NCBI RefSeq assembly: GCF_006345805.1
Contig: NC_043007.1
Coordinates: 36,270,001-36,334,000 of the forward strand
From: Octopus sinensis
Taxonomy: Eukaryota
Length of the DNA: 64,000 bases
Direction: 5' to 3'
Shown here: in pieces, positions 1-12,870 of the stretch
How the letters are laid out: the number at the start of each line of letters is the position of its first letter
Numbering within the stretch: position 1 is the stretch's first letter
Position numbers and translations under genes: made by a program
The notes under the pieces: model-generated
Told to the model about the DNA's origin: nothing
Database searches by the model: none
Seen by the model: the letters and a program-made list of their open reading frames with translations, nothing else

Positions 1-306
1 GCGGAATTTGAACTCAGAACGTAAAGGCAGACGAAATACCACTAAGAATTTCTCCCGATGTGCTAACGTTTCTTATTTCTTTACTACCCTCAAGGGGCTA
101 AACATCAAGGGGACAAACAAGGACAGACAAACGGATTAAGTCGATTACATCGACCCCAGTACGTAACTGGTACTTAATTTATCGACCCCGAAAGAATGAA
201 AGGCAAAGTCGACCTCGGCGGAGTTTGAACTCAGATCATAGAGACAGACGAAATATTGCTTTGCATTTCGGCCGGTGTGCTAACGATTCTGCCAGCTCGC
301 CGCCTT
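1..306 (-). mobile_element. SINE family B, tandem units cut by the window edge
   Basis: Reverse complement of aaggcggcgagctggcagaa...gagttcaaattcc...gcctttcatcctttcggggtcgataaattaagtaccag, repeated many times in the window. Confidence 0.85.
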
Positions 307-356
307 TTCCGTCAACAAATATTAACTTCAAAAGGAAGATATAGCCCATCTTAGTG

Positions 357-676
357 AAGGTGCATGGCTTAGTGGTTCGAGTATTCGGGTCACGATCGTA
401 AGGTCATGAGTTCGATTCCCGGCAGCGTGTTGTCTCCTTAAGCAAGACACTTTATTTCTCGTTGTTCCAGTTCACTCAGCTGGCAAAAGTGAATCGTACC
501 TGTATTTCAACGGGCCAGCCTCGTCACATTCTGTGTCACGCTGAATCTCCCTAAAGAACTATGTTAAGGGTGCGTGTCTGTGGAGTGCTCAGCCACTTGA
601 ATGCTAACTTCACGAGCAGGCTCTTCCGTTAATCAGATCAGCTGGAGCCTTCATAGTCGTAACCGACGGAGTGCCG
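357..676 (+). mobile_element. tRNA-derived SINE, family C variant
   Basis: A box tggcttagtgg, B box gagttcgattccc, 3' tail shared with family C (cacgagcaggct...gtaaccgacggagtgcc). Confidence 0.8.
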
Positions 677-995
677 TTTGTTTTTTTTCTTTGTTTTTAT
701 TTACTTACCCAAATAAAAGCGGAAATAGGTGAGTTTACACACTATGTTGAATTATGTCAAGCTTTAGAGAAAGAAACTTTGTTGTTTCTTTGCAAGAAAT
801 ACGTCTGAAGTATACACCTTTTTATGGACCCTGTAGACAGCCAATTTACTGTTTTGCTTGCGTGTACCCCACAAAATCTTATATGAACCTCTTGGAGTCA
901 TATGGATCCCGGTTGGGAACTACTACTCTGATCCTTTCCTTAACTCTTTTTCCTTATTTTAGTTAATTTTTTTAATTATTTTACGTTCAGTCTTA

Positions 996-1057
<62 letters not shown>

Positions 1058-1488
1058 TTCGTATTCGCTGTCATTTCTTATTCTTCTCACCACTGTGTGA
1101 AAACTGAGAATGCAAAGAGACACAAGGGAGTTTAGTGAAATCCTGTTCATTCTCCTTACGTTTTTAAAGTTATTATCAGAAGAAATTAAGCAAAACAACA
1201 ACCAACAAACAAACAAACAAACAAACAAAAATTAACTATAAACAATGTTTTAAACCAGGAGTCGACCAACTTCTTATGGCATTGACCCCTTCGTGGAATT
1301 TCTTGATAACTTATTTCTTGATAACTGGCCCCTCTGAAATCACGTGAATTTCTAAAATAAAATTAAAAACTACAATTAATAAAAAAAGAAAGAAGACTCT
1401 TGATTTAAAAACAATAATCCCTTCGTTCTTTTGCATCATTATAGCTTTTAAATAAGAAATATTGAAAAGAAATTTGATAAAAATACTT

Positions 1489-1905
1489 AGGCGCAGGAGT
1501 GGCTGTGTGGTAAGTAGCTTGCTAACCAACCACATGGTTCCGGGTTCAGTCCCACTGCGTGGCATCTTGGGCAAGTGTCTTCTGCTATAGCCCCGGGCCG
1601 ACCAATGCCTTGTGAGTGGATTTGGTAGACGGAAACTGAAAGAAGCCTGTCGTATATATGTATATATATATATTATAAGTGTGTGTGTATATGTCTGTGT
1701 GTCTGTGTTTGTCCCCCTAGCATTGCTTGACAACCGATGCTGGTGTGTTTACGTCCCCGTCACCTAGCGGTTCGGCAAAAGAGACCTATAGAATAAGTAC
1801 TAGGCTTACAAAGAATAAGTCCCGGGGCCGATTTGCTCTACTAAAGGCGGTGCTCCAGCATGGCCGCAGTCAAATGACTGAAACAAGTAAAAGAGAGTAA
1901 AAGAG
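1489..1905 (+). mobile_element. SINE family A, full length
   Basis: ggcgcaggagtggctgtgtggtaag head, internal (TA)/(TG) tract, gtaaaaga tail; more than 10 copies in the window. Confidence 0.9.
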
Positions 1906-1977
1906 TTAATGAAATAAATTAAAGTACAATAGAAATTGTCTCTTTGTTGTCTTGGGAGAGCCATTATGTCAATAATA

Positions 1978-2378
1978 ATCTTTTCTACTAAAGGCACAGA
2001 GCCTGGAATGTGTAGGGACGGGACCAGTCGATTACGTCGACCCCAGTGTTTCAGTGGTACTTATTTCATCGACCCCGAAAGGATAAAAGGCAAAGTCAAC
2101 CTCGGAGGAATTTGAACTCAGAACGTAGCGACGGGCGAAATACCTATTTCTTTACTACCCACAAGGGGCTAAACACAGAGGGGACAAACAAGGACAGACA
2201 AACGGATTAAGTCGATTATATCGACCCTAGTGCGTAACTGGTACTTATTTCATCGACCCCGAAAGTATGAAAGGCAAAGTCGACCCCGGCGGAATCTGAA
2301 CTCAGAACGTAACTGCAGACGAAATACGGCTACGCATTTTTGCCTGGCGTGCTAACGTTTCTGCCAACTCGCCGCCTT
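1978..2378 (-). mobile_element. SINE family B, head-to-tail dimer with two different tails
   Basis: Two consecutive family B bodies; only one has the A-box head. Confidence 0.85.
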
Positions 2379-2662
2379 AACAACACATGCCCAGGTTCAA
2401 TTCCACTTCTTTATTGTTAATCAATTGGTTAAATGTCAAATCAACTAAATGAATAATCGATCGTTTGTTTAACGTGTTGGTTAAATAAACAATCAGACCT
2501 TGGAACGCAGAGTGATTCACGGGTCACTGGAATGGTTGCGAACAGCAGCGAAAGAACTTTAGCGGAAAAAACAAATAACCGATTGATCGTTTAACAAGCA
2601 CATTAAATAAACAATCAAATAGTTAGATATTCAACCAAATTGAGCCTGCGCATGTGTTATTA
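2378..2662. mobile_element. Foldback MITE-like element
   Basis: aacacatgcccaggttcaatt at left versus aattgagcctgcgcatgtgtt at right; the imperfect inverted arms continue inward about 100 bp. Confidence 0.6.
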
Positions 2663-3053
2663 TTGGCGTAATGACCCTCCCAAGACACAATGAAATATGT
2701 TTCAACACAAATTAACGTCAAAAATGTTGCAAGCCAAATACAAAAACGAAATAAAAATTGTCATATTATTGATAATAATAATTCAGCACCTTTAATGCTC
2801 AAAATCCTTCTACAGCTATATCGACTCCTGAGAATCACTACTGACCCCTTGTCTTAAGCAAAAGCAGTGAATAGTAGAATCGGTAAAGTTGCGGACAAAA
2901 GAAGTAGCGGTATTTAGTTGTGTTCCTTCATGCTCCGAGTTCGCGTCACGCCGGAATAATCCTCACGTTTCATCTCCATGTTTCATAAATTTGTGATCCT
3001 TGTATCTGTGTTAAAAACAAGTAGATTTATTTGACAACTATTCTAGCATTTAT

Positions 3054-3200
3054 GAGGGCACGTGGCCAAATGGTTAGGGTGTTTGACTGAAGACCATTAG
3101 GTCGTAAGTTCGAATCCTAGACCGAGTGTGACATTGAGCCTTCCCCTTGTGCAAGGCACTTAATTTCACACTACTCAAACCTACTTAGCCGAAATCAGTA
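3054..3200 (+). mobile_element. Degenerate tRNA-derived SINE
   Basis: tggccaaatggttag and gttcgaatcc boxes, followed by a gcaaggcacttaatttcac central domain. Confidence 0.55.
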
Positions 3201-3431
3201 CCAGCTTTGTGCTGGTGTAGCCTTCTCAAACTGCCAGCTGTTGCAACGTCGGAGACACCTTCATCACCTTCCCGCCTTTGAAATCGCTGGATCAAAGGTG
3301 GGAGGGCCGAGAGGTTGTCTGTTCATATCTGCTCGCAACTACACAGGCACCTAAAACAATTGATGATGGAGTGGTCTACTGATATTTGTAGTTCTTATTG
3401 TTGTTGTATTGGCGACGCAGAAGTCGCTGTT

Positions 3432-3473
<42 letters not shown>

Positions 3474-3612
3474 CATACACATTCACACATATGTATAATT
3501 ACTGCAAGCCCTTATTTTTTTTTTTAAGCTGCACTCTTCCGTTTCTGCCACTCAACTGCACGTTCACTTAGGCTAAAATATTACAATATATTCGTTATTA
3601 GCAACGGGAAGT

Positions 3613-4260
3613 GGAGGCGCAATGGCCCAGTGGTTAGGGCAGCGGACTCGCGGTCATAGGATCGCGGTTTCGATTCCCAGACCGGGCGTTGTGAGTGTTT
3701 ATTGAGCGAAAACACCTAAAGCTCCACGAGGCTCCGGCAGGGGATGGTGGTGATCCCTGCTGTACCCTTTCACCATAACTTTCTCTCACTCTTACTTCCT
3801 GTTTCTGTTGTACCTGTATTTCAAAGGGCCGGCCTTGTCACTCTCTGTGTCACGCTGAATATCCCCGAGAACTACGTTAAGGGTAAGTCGCTTGCTTACC
3901 AACCACATGGTTCCGGGTTCAGTCCCACTACGTGGCACTTTGGGCAACTGTCTTTTACTATAGCCTCGGACCGACCAAAGCCTTGTGAGTCGATTTGGTT
4001 GACGGAAAGTGAAAGAAGCCCGTCGTATATATGTATATGTATATATATGTGGGTGTGTTTGTGTATCTGTGTCTGTCCCCCCAACATCGCTTGACAACCA
4101 ATGCTGGTGTGTTTACGTCCCCGTAAGTTAGCGGTTCGGCGAAAGAGACCGATAGAATAAGTACAAGGCTTCCAAAGAATAAGTCTTGGGGTCGATTTGC
4201 TCGACTAAAGGGGGTGCTCCAGCATGGCCGCTGTCAAATGACTGAAACAAGTAAAAGAGT
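3613..4260 (+). mobile_element. Chimeric SINE: family C 5' part (3613-3883) fused to family A body (3884-4260)
   Basis: Matches the 5223 copy up to gttaagggta, then switches to family A at ggtaagtcgcttgcttacc. Confidence 0.85.
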
Positions 4261-4404
4261 ACTTGTAGTTGTTGCTGCTGGTTGTGGTGGTGGTGGTGGT
4301 GGTGGTAATTATATTGTGATTAATGGTGTTAGTGTGGTGGTTATGTTTATTGTTGTTGTTGTTGATGATGATCTTGATGTTGTTGATTACGATATCAGTT
4401 TCTA

Positions 4405-4826
4405 CTATATCAATTCTACTATATGGCTCAGAAACCTGGACGTTATCAAAGAAGCTTGAGAGGCGGTTGGATGGAACCTAACTCGCCTGCTTATGAGAGC
4501 TCAAAACCTCTCGTGGAAGCGCCATCCAACCAAAATGCAAATATATGGGAAACTACCACCTGTGTCATCTCTTGTGAAAGGTAGGAGCGTCCAGTTTGCT
4601 GGACATTGTTGTAGAGCTGAAAAAGAAGTAATTTCTACTCTTCTCCTCTGGAAGCCATCTACTCGCAATACCAGAGGGCGCACACTCTCCTACCCTGATG
4701 TAATCTCCAGGGATACAGGCATCCAGCAACAGGACCTCCGTAATGCTATGATGGACTGTGAAGTCTGGCGTAGCATGGTAAATTCCATTGTCTCGACCAC
4801 GGTCGAACAATGATGATGATGATGAT
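4405..4826 (+). mobile_element. 3' end of an RTE-clade non-LTR retrotransposon
   Basis: SILLYGSETWTL...FAGHCCRA...LLLWKP...AMMDCEVWR, stop at 4813, then a (TGA)n tail; one in-frame stop upstream of the ORF. Confidence 0.85.
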
Positions 4827-4868
4827 AACGATATTGATGTTGTTGATGATGGTGTTGATAGTGGTGTG

Positions 4869-5122
4869 ATGATGACGTTGCTATTGTTATACTTGACGAA
4901 GTTGATGCTCTTGTTGATGGTGTTGTTGTTGTCGTCAGTGCTATTAATGTTGTTGGCGGTGTTAATGATGCCTGTGCCGTTATGGTCGTTGACGATGCGC
5001 AAACGGAAACTCGCCACGGGTCAAAGCAGACGACAGGAGAAATCTCCAGAAGAAGAATTCCCGTCAAGCAAATTTTTCCGCCAGTTAGTTCCTGACACTC
5101 AAAGGGAACCGGGGCCCATTAG
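4869..5122 (+). CDS. Candidate first coding exon with signal-peptide-like N-terminus
   Basis: ATG 4869, hydrophobic run ending PVPLWS, then LTMRKRKLATGQSRRQEKSPEEEFPSSKFFRQLVPDTQREPGPIR and donor AG|GTAGTC. The hydrophobic part could just be decayed (GTT/GAT)n repeat. Confidence 0.3.
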
Positions 5123-5222
5123 GTAGTCCTCTTGCTGTTATTTAAATGCCACCTTCAGTGGAGATTGAACTCGAAACTTTTGAGTGAGCTCATTGCTTAG
5201 TCGCGTAGACCTACCACATAGT

Positions 5223-5605
5223 GGAGGCGCAATGGCCCAGTGGTTAGGGCAGCGGACTCGCAGTCATAGGATCGCGGTTTCGATTCCCAGACTGGGCGTT
5301 GTGAGTGTTTATTGAGCGAAAACACCTAAAGCTCCACGAGGCTCCGGCAGGGGATGGTGGTGATCCCTGCTGTACTCTTTCACCACAACTTTCTCTCACT
5401 CTTACTTCCTGTTTCTGTTTGTACCTGTATTTCAAAGGGCCGGCCTTGTCACTCTCTGTGTCACGCTGAATATCCCCGAGAACTACGTTAAGGGTACACA
5501 TGTCTGTGGAGTGCTCAGCCACTTACACGTTAATTTCACGAGCAGGCTGTTCCGTTGATTCGGATCAACCGGAACCCTCGTCGTCGTAACCGACGGAGTG
5601 CTTCC
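5223..5605 (+). mobile_element. SINE family C, full length, flanked by an 83-bp direct repeat
   Basis: tRNA-like head ggaggcgcaatggcccagtggttag; flanks 5138-5220 and 5612-5694 match at 80 of 83 positions. Confidence 0.9.
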
Positions 5606-5853
5606 TCCTCCTTACTTAAATGCCACCTTCAGTGGAGATTGAACTCGAAACTTTTGAGTGAGCTCATTGCTTAGTCGCGTAGACCCGCCACATAACCTTT
5701 TTATACCGAGTTTCTTTCCTCCTATGTTCAGTCGCTTGCCGTGTCTCATTCAGTTCCAACTATCATTCTTTTGCACCAGTCAAGTATTGATGCTGATGGT
5801 ATACTTCCTCGCCTTAAAAATAGGTGGCCTTGTACATAAATTAAATATTATTA

Positions 5854-6483
5854 AAGGCGGCAAGATGGCAGAAGACTGAAAGGCGGCAAGCTGGCAGAAT
5901 CGTTAGCATGCCGGGCGAAATGCTTAGCTGTATTTCGTCTGCCGTTACGTTCTGAGTTCAAATTCCGCCGAGGTCGACTTTGCCTTTCATCCTTTCGGGG
6001 TCGATAAATTAAGTACCAGTTGCGCACTGGGGTCGATGTAATCGACTTAATACCTTTGTCTGTCATTGCTTGTCCTTTCTATGTTTAGCCCCTTGTGGGT
6101 AATAAAGAAATAGGTATTTCGTCTGCCGCTACGTTCTGAGTTCAAATTCCGCCGAGGTCGGCTTTGCTTTTCATCCTTTCGGGGTCGATTAAATAAGTAC
6201 CAGTTACGCACTGGGGTTGATATAATCGACTTAATCCGTTTGTCTGTCCTTGTTTGTCCTTTCTATGTTTAGCCCCTTGTGGGTAATAAAGAAATAGGTA
6301 TTTCGTCTGCCGCTACGTTCTGAGTTCAAATTCCGCCTAGGTCGGCTTTGCCTTTCATCCTTTCGGGGTCGATTAAATAAGTACCAGTTACGCACTGGGG
6401 TTGATATAATCGACTCAATCCGTTTGTCTGTCCTTGTTTGTCCCTTCTATGTTTAGCTCCTTGTAGGCAATAAAGAAATAAGA
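5854..6483 (+). mobile_element. SINE family B trimer (one head plus three ~185-bp bodies)
   Basis: Unit gtatttcgtctgccg...aataaagaaatag starts at about 5930, 6114 and 6298. Confidence 0.85.
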
Positions 6484-6623
6484 AGTGTTTGTGCGGGGAA
6501 CAAAATACGTAGCTGCATTTCTTCAGATTCTTCACGTTTCGAGTTGAAATTTCGGCGAAGCCATCTTTTCCCTTAATCCTTTCGGAGTCGATAAAAGAAG
6601 GGCCCAGTTCAATTCTTTCAGTT

Positions 6624-6836
6624 CTGCGAGCTGGCAGAACCATTAGCACGCTGGACGAAATGCTTAGCAGTATTTCGTCCGTCGTTATGTTCTGAGATCA
6701 AATTCTGCTGGGTTCGACTTTGCTTTTCATCCTTTCGGGGTCGATAAATTAAGTACCAGTTGCATACTGGGGTCGATCTAATCGATTGGCTCCCTCCCCC
6801 AAAATTTCGGGCGTTGTGCCTAGAGTAGAAAAAGAT
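6624..6836 (+). mobile_element. SINE family B, alternative tail
   Basis: Family B body ending ccctcccccaaaatttcgggc...cctagagtagaaaa. Confidence 0.8.
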
Positions 6837-7091
6837 ATGATTGTCTCACCCACTCCGCTCCCCAAAAATTGATGAAAAAAAACAACGTGAGCACGTGGTA
6901 CATGCAAAGTATTAGCAGACGCTCAGGGAAGGAAAGATATCGACTAGCTGAGCACTGGACTCGGTGTAACCAACTTGCCCCCCCCCGCTCAAACAGCTGA
7001 CCTTGACCCAAAATTTAAGAATAATTATTTCCTTGTAAATGGTGTATAACCGCTAGAATGGCTTCCACGAAACCCTTGCCTTGGTCAGCAT

Positions 7092-7473
7092 GGAAGCACT
7101 CCGTCGGTTACGACGACGAGGGTTCCGGTTGATCCGATCAACGGAACAGCCTGCTCGTGAAATTAACGTGTAAGTGGCTGAGCACTCCACAGACACGTGT
7201 ACCCTTAACGTAGTTCTCGGGGATATTCAGCGTGACACAGAGAGTGACAAGGCCGGCCCTTTGAAATACAGGTACAACAGAGAAACAGGAGTAAGAGTGA
7301 GAGAAAGTTGTGTGAAAGAGTACAGCAGCGATCACCACAATCCCCTGCCGGAGCCTCGTGGAGCTTTTAGGTGTTTTCGCTCAATAAACACTCACAACGC
7401 CCGGTCTGGGAATTGAAACCGCGATCCTACGACCGCGCGTCCGCTGCTCTAACCACTGGGCCATTGCGCCTCC
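7092..7473 (-). mobile_element. SINE family C, full length
   Basis: Reverse complement of the 5223 copy; 12-bp TSD cttggtcagcat at 7080-7091 and 7476-7487. Confidence 0.9.
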
Positions 7474-7723
7474 ATCTTGGTCAGCATACTGATAAAGGGT
7501 TGGTGCATAGTTTTAAGCTTGACCCAGAAACGACTTAGAATGTTCTAACTTAATAAAAGGCTTTTGGTATTGGGTAACGAATTGTAAGGGATACAAGAAC
7601 TACATTTTTTCTTAAGGGGATGGAGGGGGTACCGGTAAAGGTGGCGGGTGGGAATGCAGGTAAACACTGGTCTGAGGGTGAGGGAGAGCATTTCAGTGGA
7701 GAAAACTTTAAGCAAGTATTGTC

Positions 7724-7983
7724 CATCATCATCATCATCATCATCAACACCACCACAAGCATCATCATTATTCCACAACCACCTTAACACCATAATCCAC
7801 ACCAACTGCAATCACCACAACAACCATCATAACAATCACCATAGCAACCGCCATAACAACCACTGCTTAAATAACACTTCATCGTCATTTTTTCAACTCC
7901 TCTTTCTTCTCCTCATCCTCAACCTTCTACCCTTTCTCCACCCTCCTCTTTGTCTGCTCATCCCCCAGTCTTTCACCTTATGG

Positions 7984-8030
<47 letters not shown>

Positions 8031-8515
8031 TATCATCATCATCGTCGTCGTCGTCGTCGTCATCATCATCGTCATCACTATTGTTGTCACCACCACCGTT
8101 CGCCTCCTCTTCTTCGTCTTCTTCCTCTTCATCGTCATCACTACCACGACCACCACTACCTCTGCTGCTACCATCGGCGCCGTCGTCGTCGTCGTCGTGG
8201 CCGCCATCATCATCATCGTCGTCATCATCATCATCATCATCATTTATAAATCATAACACTATCAAATACGCCTTCATTTACACTGGCCTCAACAACTCCC
8301 ACCCAGAACCCCCACCACTACCACCACCACCACCACCATCACCACAACAGCCCCCCCCATACCCCTTTCCTCCTCTCTTGTCATTAGAACGACGCCCTGT
8401 TTATTTTTCTCAACATTCTTCCAAATTGCCTAACTTGGGTTTGATGATAGGATGGATGCGATGAGGGATTAACAATCGGTAAAGTATCTACCATCATCAT
8501 CATCATCACCACCAC

Positions 8516-8568
<53 letters not shown>

Positions 8569-8577
8569 CCACCATCG

Positions 8578-8620
<43 letters not shown>

Positions 8621-9070
8621 TATCGTTGTCACCGCCGTCGTCGTCGTCATCATTATCATGATCTTTCTTCTTCGTCATAATTATTAACATTATCATCATC
8701 ATTAGCGATAATCACTCTCATCTTTTTTTTTTCATCATTGTCACCATTAATTAATTAATATCCATCGCTAAAATTCAACTTCGTTATCATCATTATTAGT
8801 TTCATTTTCGCCATCATTATCATTAACATTTCGTGGTCGTTATCACAATCACAATCGTCATCATCATCATCATCATCATCATCATCAGCATCATCACCAC
8901 CACCATCGTCGTCGTCATCATATCATCATTATCATCGTCGTCGTCGTCGTCGTTGTCGTTAACATTGTATTCAGTCTCAACATCAACATAACTACAACAA
9001 TAAAGCAACCACCACCTACCTCTACCACCACTACTCCCACCACTACCGTCACCACCAAGCTACTATCATC
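7724..9070. repeat. Compound (CAT)n/(CGT)n/(CAC)n microsatellite
   Basis: Seen directly; explains the poly-H/I/S/M/D ORFs. Confidence 0.95.
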
Positions 9071-9096
9071 AAAACTATTACTACTAACATAGTAGC

Positions 9097-9276
9097 AGGC
9101 GTTGGAGTGGCTGCGTGGTAAGTAGCTTGCTTACCAACCACATGGTTCTGGGTTCAGTCCCACTGCGTGGCACCTTGGGCAAGTGTCTTCTACTGTAGCC
9201 TCGGGCCGACCAAAACCTTGTGAGTAGATATGGTAGACGGAAACTGAAAGAAGCCCGTCGTAGTATATAGTATATA

Positions 9277-9315
<39 letters not shown>

Positions 9316-9448
9316 AATCTGCTAGAAGTAGCAGCCAAATCTCCTTAAATCACACTATTTTTCTTTAAAAAAAAGAACATTAGATAATGTAGTTGTACAT
9401 ACTGTACTTCTAAGAAGATGGGCTGGTCATAGCTCGAGTGTATATATG

Positions 9449-9534
<86 letters not shown>

Positions 9535-9750
9535 TTGTGTGTATGTGTTTGTCCCCACAACATCACTTGACGACCAATGCTGGTGTGTTTACGTCCCCCC
9601 TTAACTTAGCGGTTCGGCAAAAGAGACCGATAGAATAAGTACTAGGCTTACAAAGAATAAAATCCTGGGGTCGATTTGCTTGGACTAAAGGCGGTGCTCC
9701 AGCATGGCCGCAGTCAAATGACTGAAACAAGTAAAAGAGTAAAAGAGTAA
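9097..9750 (+). mobile_element. SINE family A with a ~130-bp unrelated insert in its internal microsatellite
   Basis: Head at 9097, tail at 9750. The insert (9311-9438, agcagccaaatctcc...) resembles minus-strand sequence near 40150-40185 and 43840-43895. Confidence 0.85.
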
Positions 9751-9984
9751 CATAATTCTTACTAATATTCATACGCCACCATCGACGCCACCACCAGCAT
9801 CACCAAAACCATCACAGCTAACTCTACAATTCCGCCCCATCACCACCGTCTCCCTCCGTTTCGTCTCAGACACACATACCCCCCAGTCGCCCCCCCATTC
9901 CCTTCACCATTATCAATTCAAGCTTCATTATCACACCAACTGTTGTCATTACAATTCTCATACACACACTATCGTTCATATATC

Positions 9985-10064
9985 ATCATCAATCATCACC
10001 ATTTTCTTCTTCTACCTCTTACCCCTCCTCCTCCTCCTCCTCCTCCTCCTCCTCCTCCTCCTCC

Positions 10065-10127
<63 letters not shown>

Positions 10128-10440
10128 CTATTGCCACGATCGTCATCACCATCTTCGACTGTCATCATCGTCATCATCATCATTTCCATCATCATCATCA
10201 TCATCATCATCACTATTGCCACGATCGTCATCACCATCTTCGACTGTCATCATCGTCATCATCATCATTTCCATTATCATCATCATCATCATCACTATTG
10301 CCACGATCGTCATCACCATCTTCGACTGTCATCATCGTCATCATCATCATTTCCATTATCATCATCATCATCATCACTATTGCCACGATCGTCATCACCA
10401 TCTTCGACTGTCATCATCGTCATCATCATCATTTCCATCA

Positions 10441-10484
<44 letters not shown>

Positions 10485-12170
10485 CTATTGCCACGATCGT
10501 CATCACCATCTTCGACTGTCATCATCGTCATCATCATCATTTCCATCATCATCATCATCATCATCATCGCTACCGTTGCCATGGTCGTCGTCAACATCAT
10601 CAACATCATCATCATCTTCATCGTCACTGTCATGATGATGATGATGATGATGTTGATGATTTTCAGGACCACTGTCGACCGGGACCACATGACCAAACAG
10701 TACAGTCGCTATCACCACCACCACCACCACCACCACCACCACCACCACCACCGCCACCACCGCCACCACACCACCACCACCACCACCACCACCACCACAC
10801 CACCACCATCACCATCACCACCATCGCCGCACTCACCTTCACCACCATCGCCACCACCACAAATACCAACATCACCATCAGCGTCGCCACTACCCCGCTC
10901 ACCACGAACACTACAACCACAAATACCACCAACACCGCCATCATCATCACCACCACCATCACCTCCACCACTACCACCATCACCACCATCATCATCACCA
11001 CCACCACCATCATCACTTCCACCACTACCACCACCACCACCACCACCATCATCATCACTACCACCATCATAACCACCACCACCACCATCAGCATCACCAC
11101 ATCATAACCACCACCACCATCATCACCATCATCACCATCATCACCACCGTCACTACCATCACCGTCCTAACATATACCATCAGCATCATCCCCACCACCA
11201 TCACCCTCCTCCACCACCACACCACCACCACCACCACTATCATCATCACCTCCACCACTACCACCAACACCACCATCATCATCACTACCACCATCACCAC
11301 CATCATCATCACACCACCACCATCATCACTTCCACCACTACCACCACCACCACCACCACATCATCATCACTACCACCATCATAAAACCACCACCACCACC
11401 ATCAGCATCACAACTCATAACCACCACCACCATCATCACCATCATCACATCATCACCACCGTCACTACCATCACCGTCCTAACATATACCATCAGCATCA
11501 TCCCCACCACCATCACCACCTCCTCCACCACCACCACCACCACCACCACCACTATCATCATCACCTCCACCACTACCACCACCACCACCATCATCATCAC
11601 TACCACCATCACCACCACCATCATCAGCATCACCACCATCATAACCACCACCACCATCATCACCATCATCAGCATCATCACCACCGTCACTACCATCACC
11701 GTCCTAACATATACCACCAGTATCACGACCACCATCACTACTACCATCCTCAATACTACCTCATCGTCAACACCCCACCCACCTCACCCATCACCAGCAT
11801 CACAAACACAAATGCCATGAGCACCACCACCATCACCACCACCTCCACAAATACCAACACCTCCCAACGGCATCACCACCACCACCACCATCGTCACTAC
11901 CCCCACGAACACCACCATCATCAATATTACAGCCACAAATACCATCGCCGCCACCACGACCACCACGACCACCACGACCACCACCACTACGACCACTGTC
12001 ACCATCACCACTCCACCCATCGCCAACACTACAACCACAAAATACCTCACCACCAACACCACCATCACCAATACTACAACCACAAATACCATCACCTCAA
12101 CCCCCACCCCACTGCGACCATCCTCCATCACTGCCCCCTCCTACACCACCATCCTCATCACCCATCCACT
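9985..12170. repeat. (CCT)n/(CAT)n/(CAC)n field with higher-order minisatellite units
   Basis: Five units cactattgccacgatcgtcatcaccatcttcgactgtc at 10126, 10211, 10293, 10375, 10483; three units with caccgtcctaacata near 11160, 11473, 11697. Confidence 0.95.
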
Positions 12171-12559
12171 AAGCCTTATCAACGTAATCTATCTACAGAA
12201 GAAGTTACACAAACATTTACCAGTTCCATCTATACAGTTCCTCCATTGTTGACAGTATATCTTCACATCTGCTTTTACACCGACTCCATTATATACACAC
12301 AGTCATATATATATATATACAAAGCGAGAGAGAGCGAGATACACGTAAGCATACAGGTCTCACATATGTATGTATGTGCCCCGCATATATACGCACGGCA
12401 TATATGTATACATATGCAAACATTCAGACACGCAAACGCACTTGTGTATATATGTATGTGTATATATTTATATATTTATATATCTGTGCATGATAATGTG
12501 TCTGTGTGTGCAGTGAGAGAGGGGGAGGGAGAGGGAGAAGGAGAATGATAGGAAAAGAG

Positions 12560-12624
12560 AAAATGTATATGAATATATATACATATATACACACACACAC
12601 ACACATATATATATATATGTATAG

Positions 12625-12659
<35 letters not shown>

Positions 12660-12734
12660 TACACACATACACATAAATATATAGATTTATACATACACAC
12701 ATATATACACATATATATAGCTATTATATATATA

Positions 12735-12779
<45 letters not shown>

Positions 12780-12815
12780 ATATGTACATATATACACACA
12801 CACACATACATGTGC

Positions 12816-12870
<55 letters not shown>

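Noticed and set aside
3613-3685. tRNA genes at SINE heads (also 357, 5223, 34096, 61793)
   Set aside because: A and B boxes run straight into SINE bodies with tails and, where checked, TSDs; no proper acceptor stem or terminator.
10126-10560. CRISPR-like repeat/spacer pattern
   Set aside because: Spacers are pure (CAT)n, the DNA is eukaryotic and there are no cas genes.
7648-12548. Long poly-His/Ser/Pro/Thr ORFs (200-313 aa)
   Set aside because: Stop-free triplet microsatellites open in several frames on both strands; units have non-triplet periods (82, 85).
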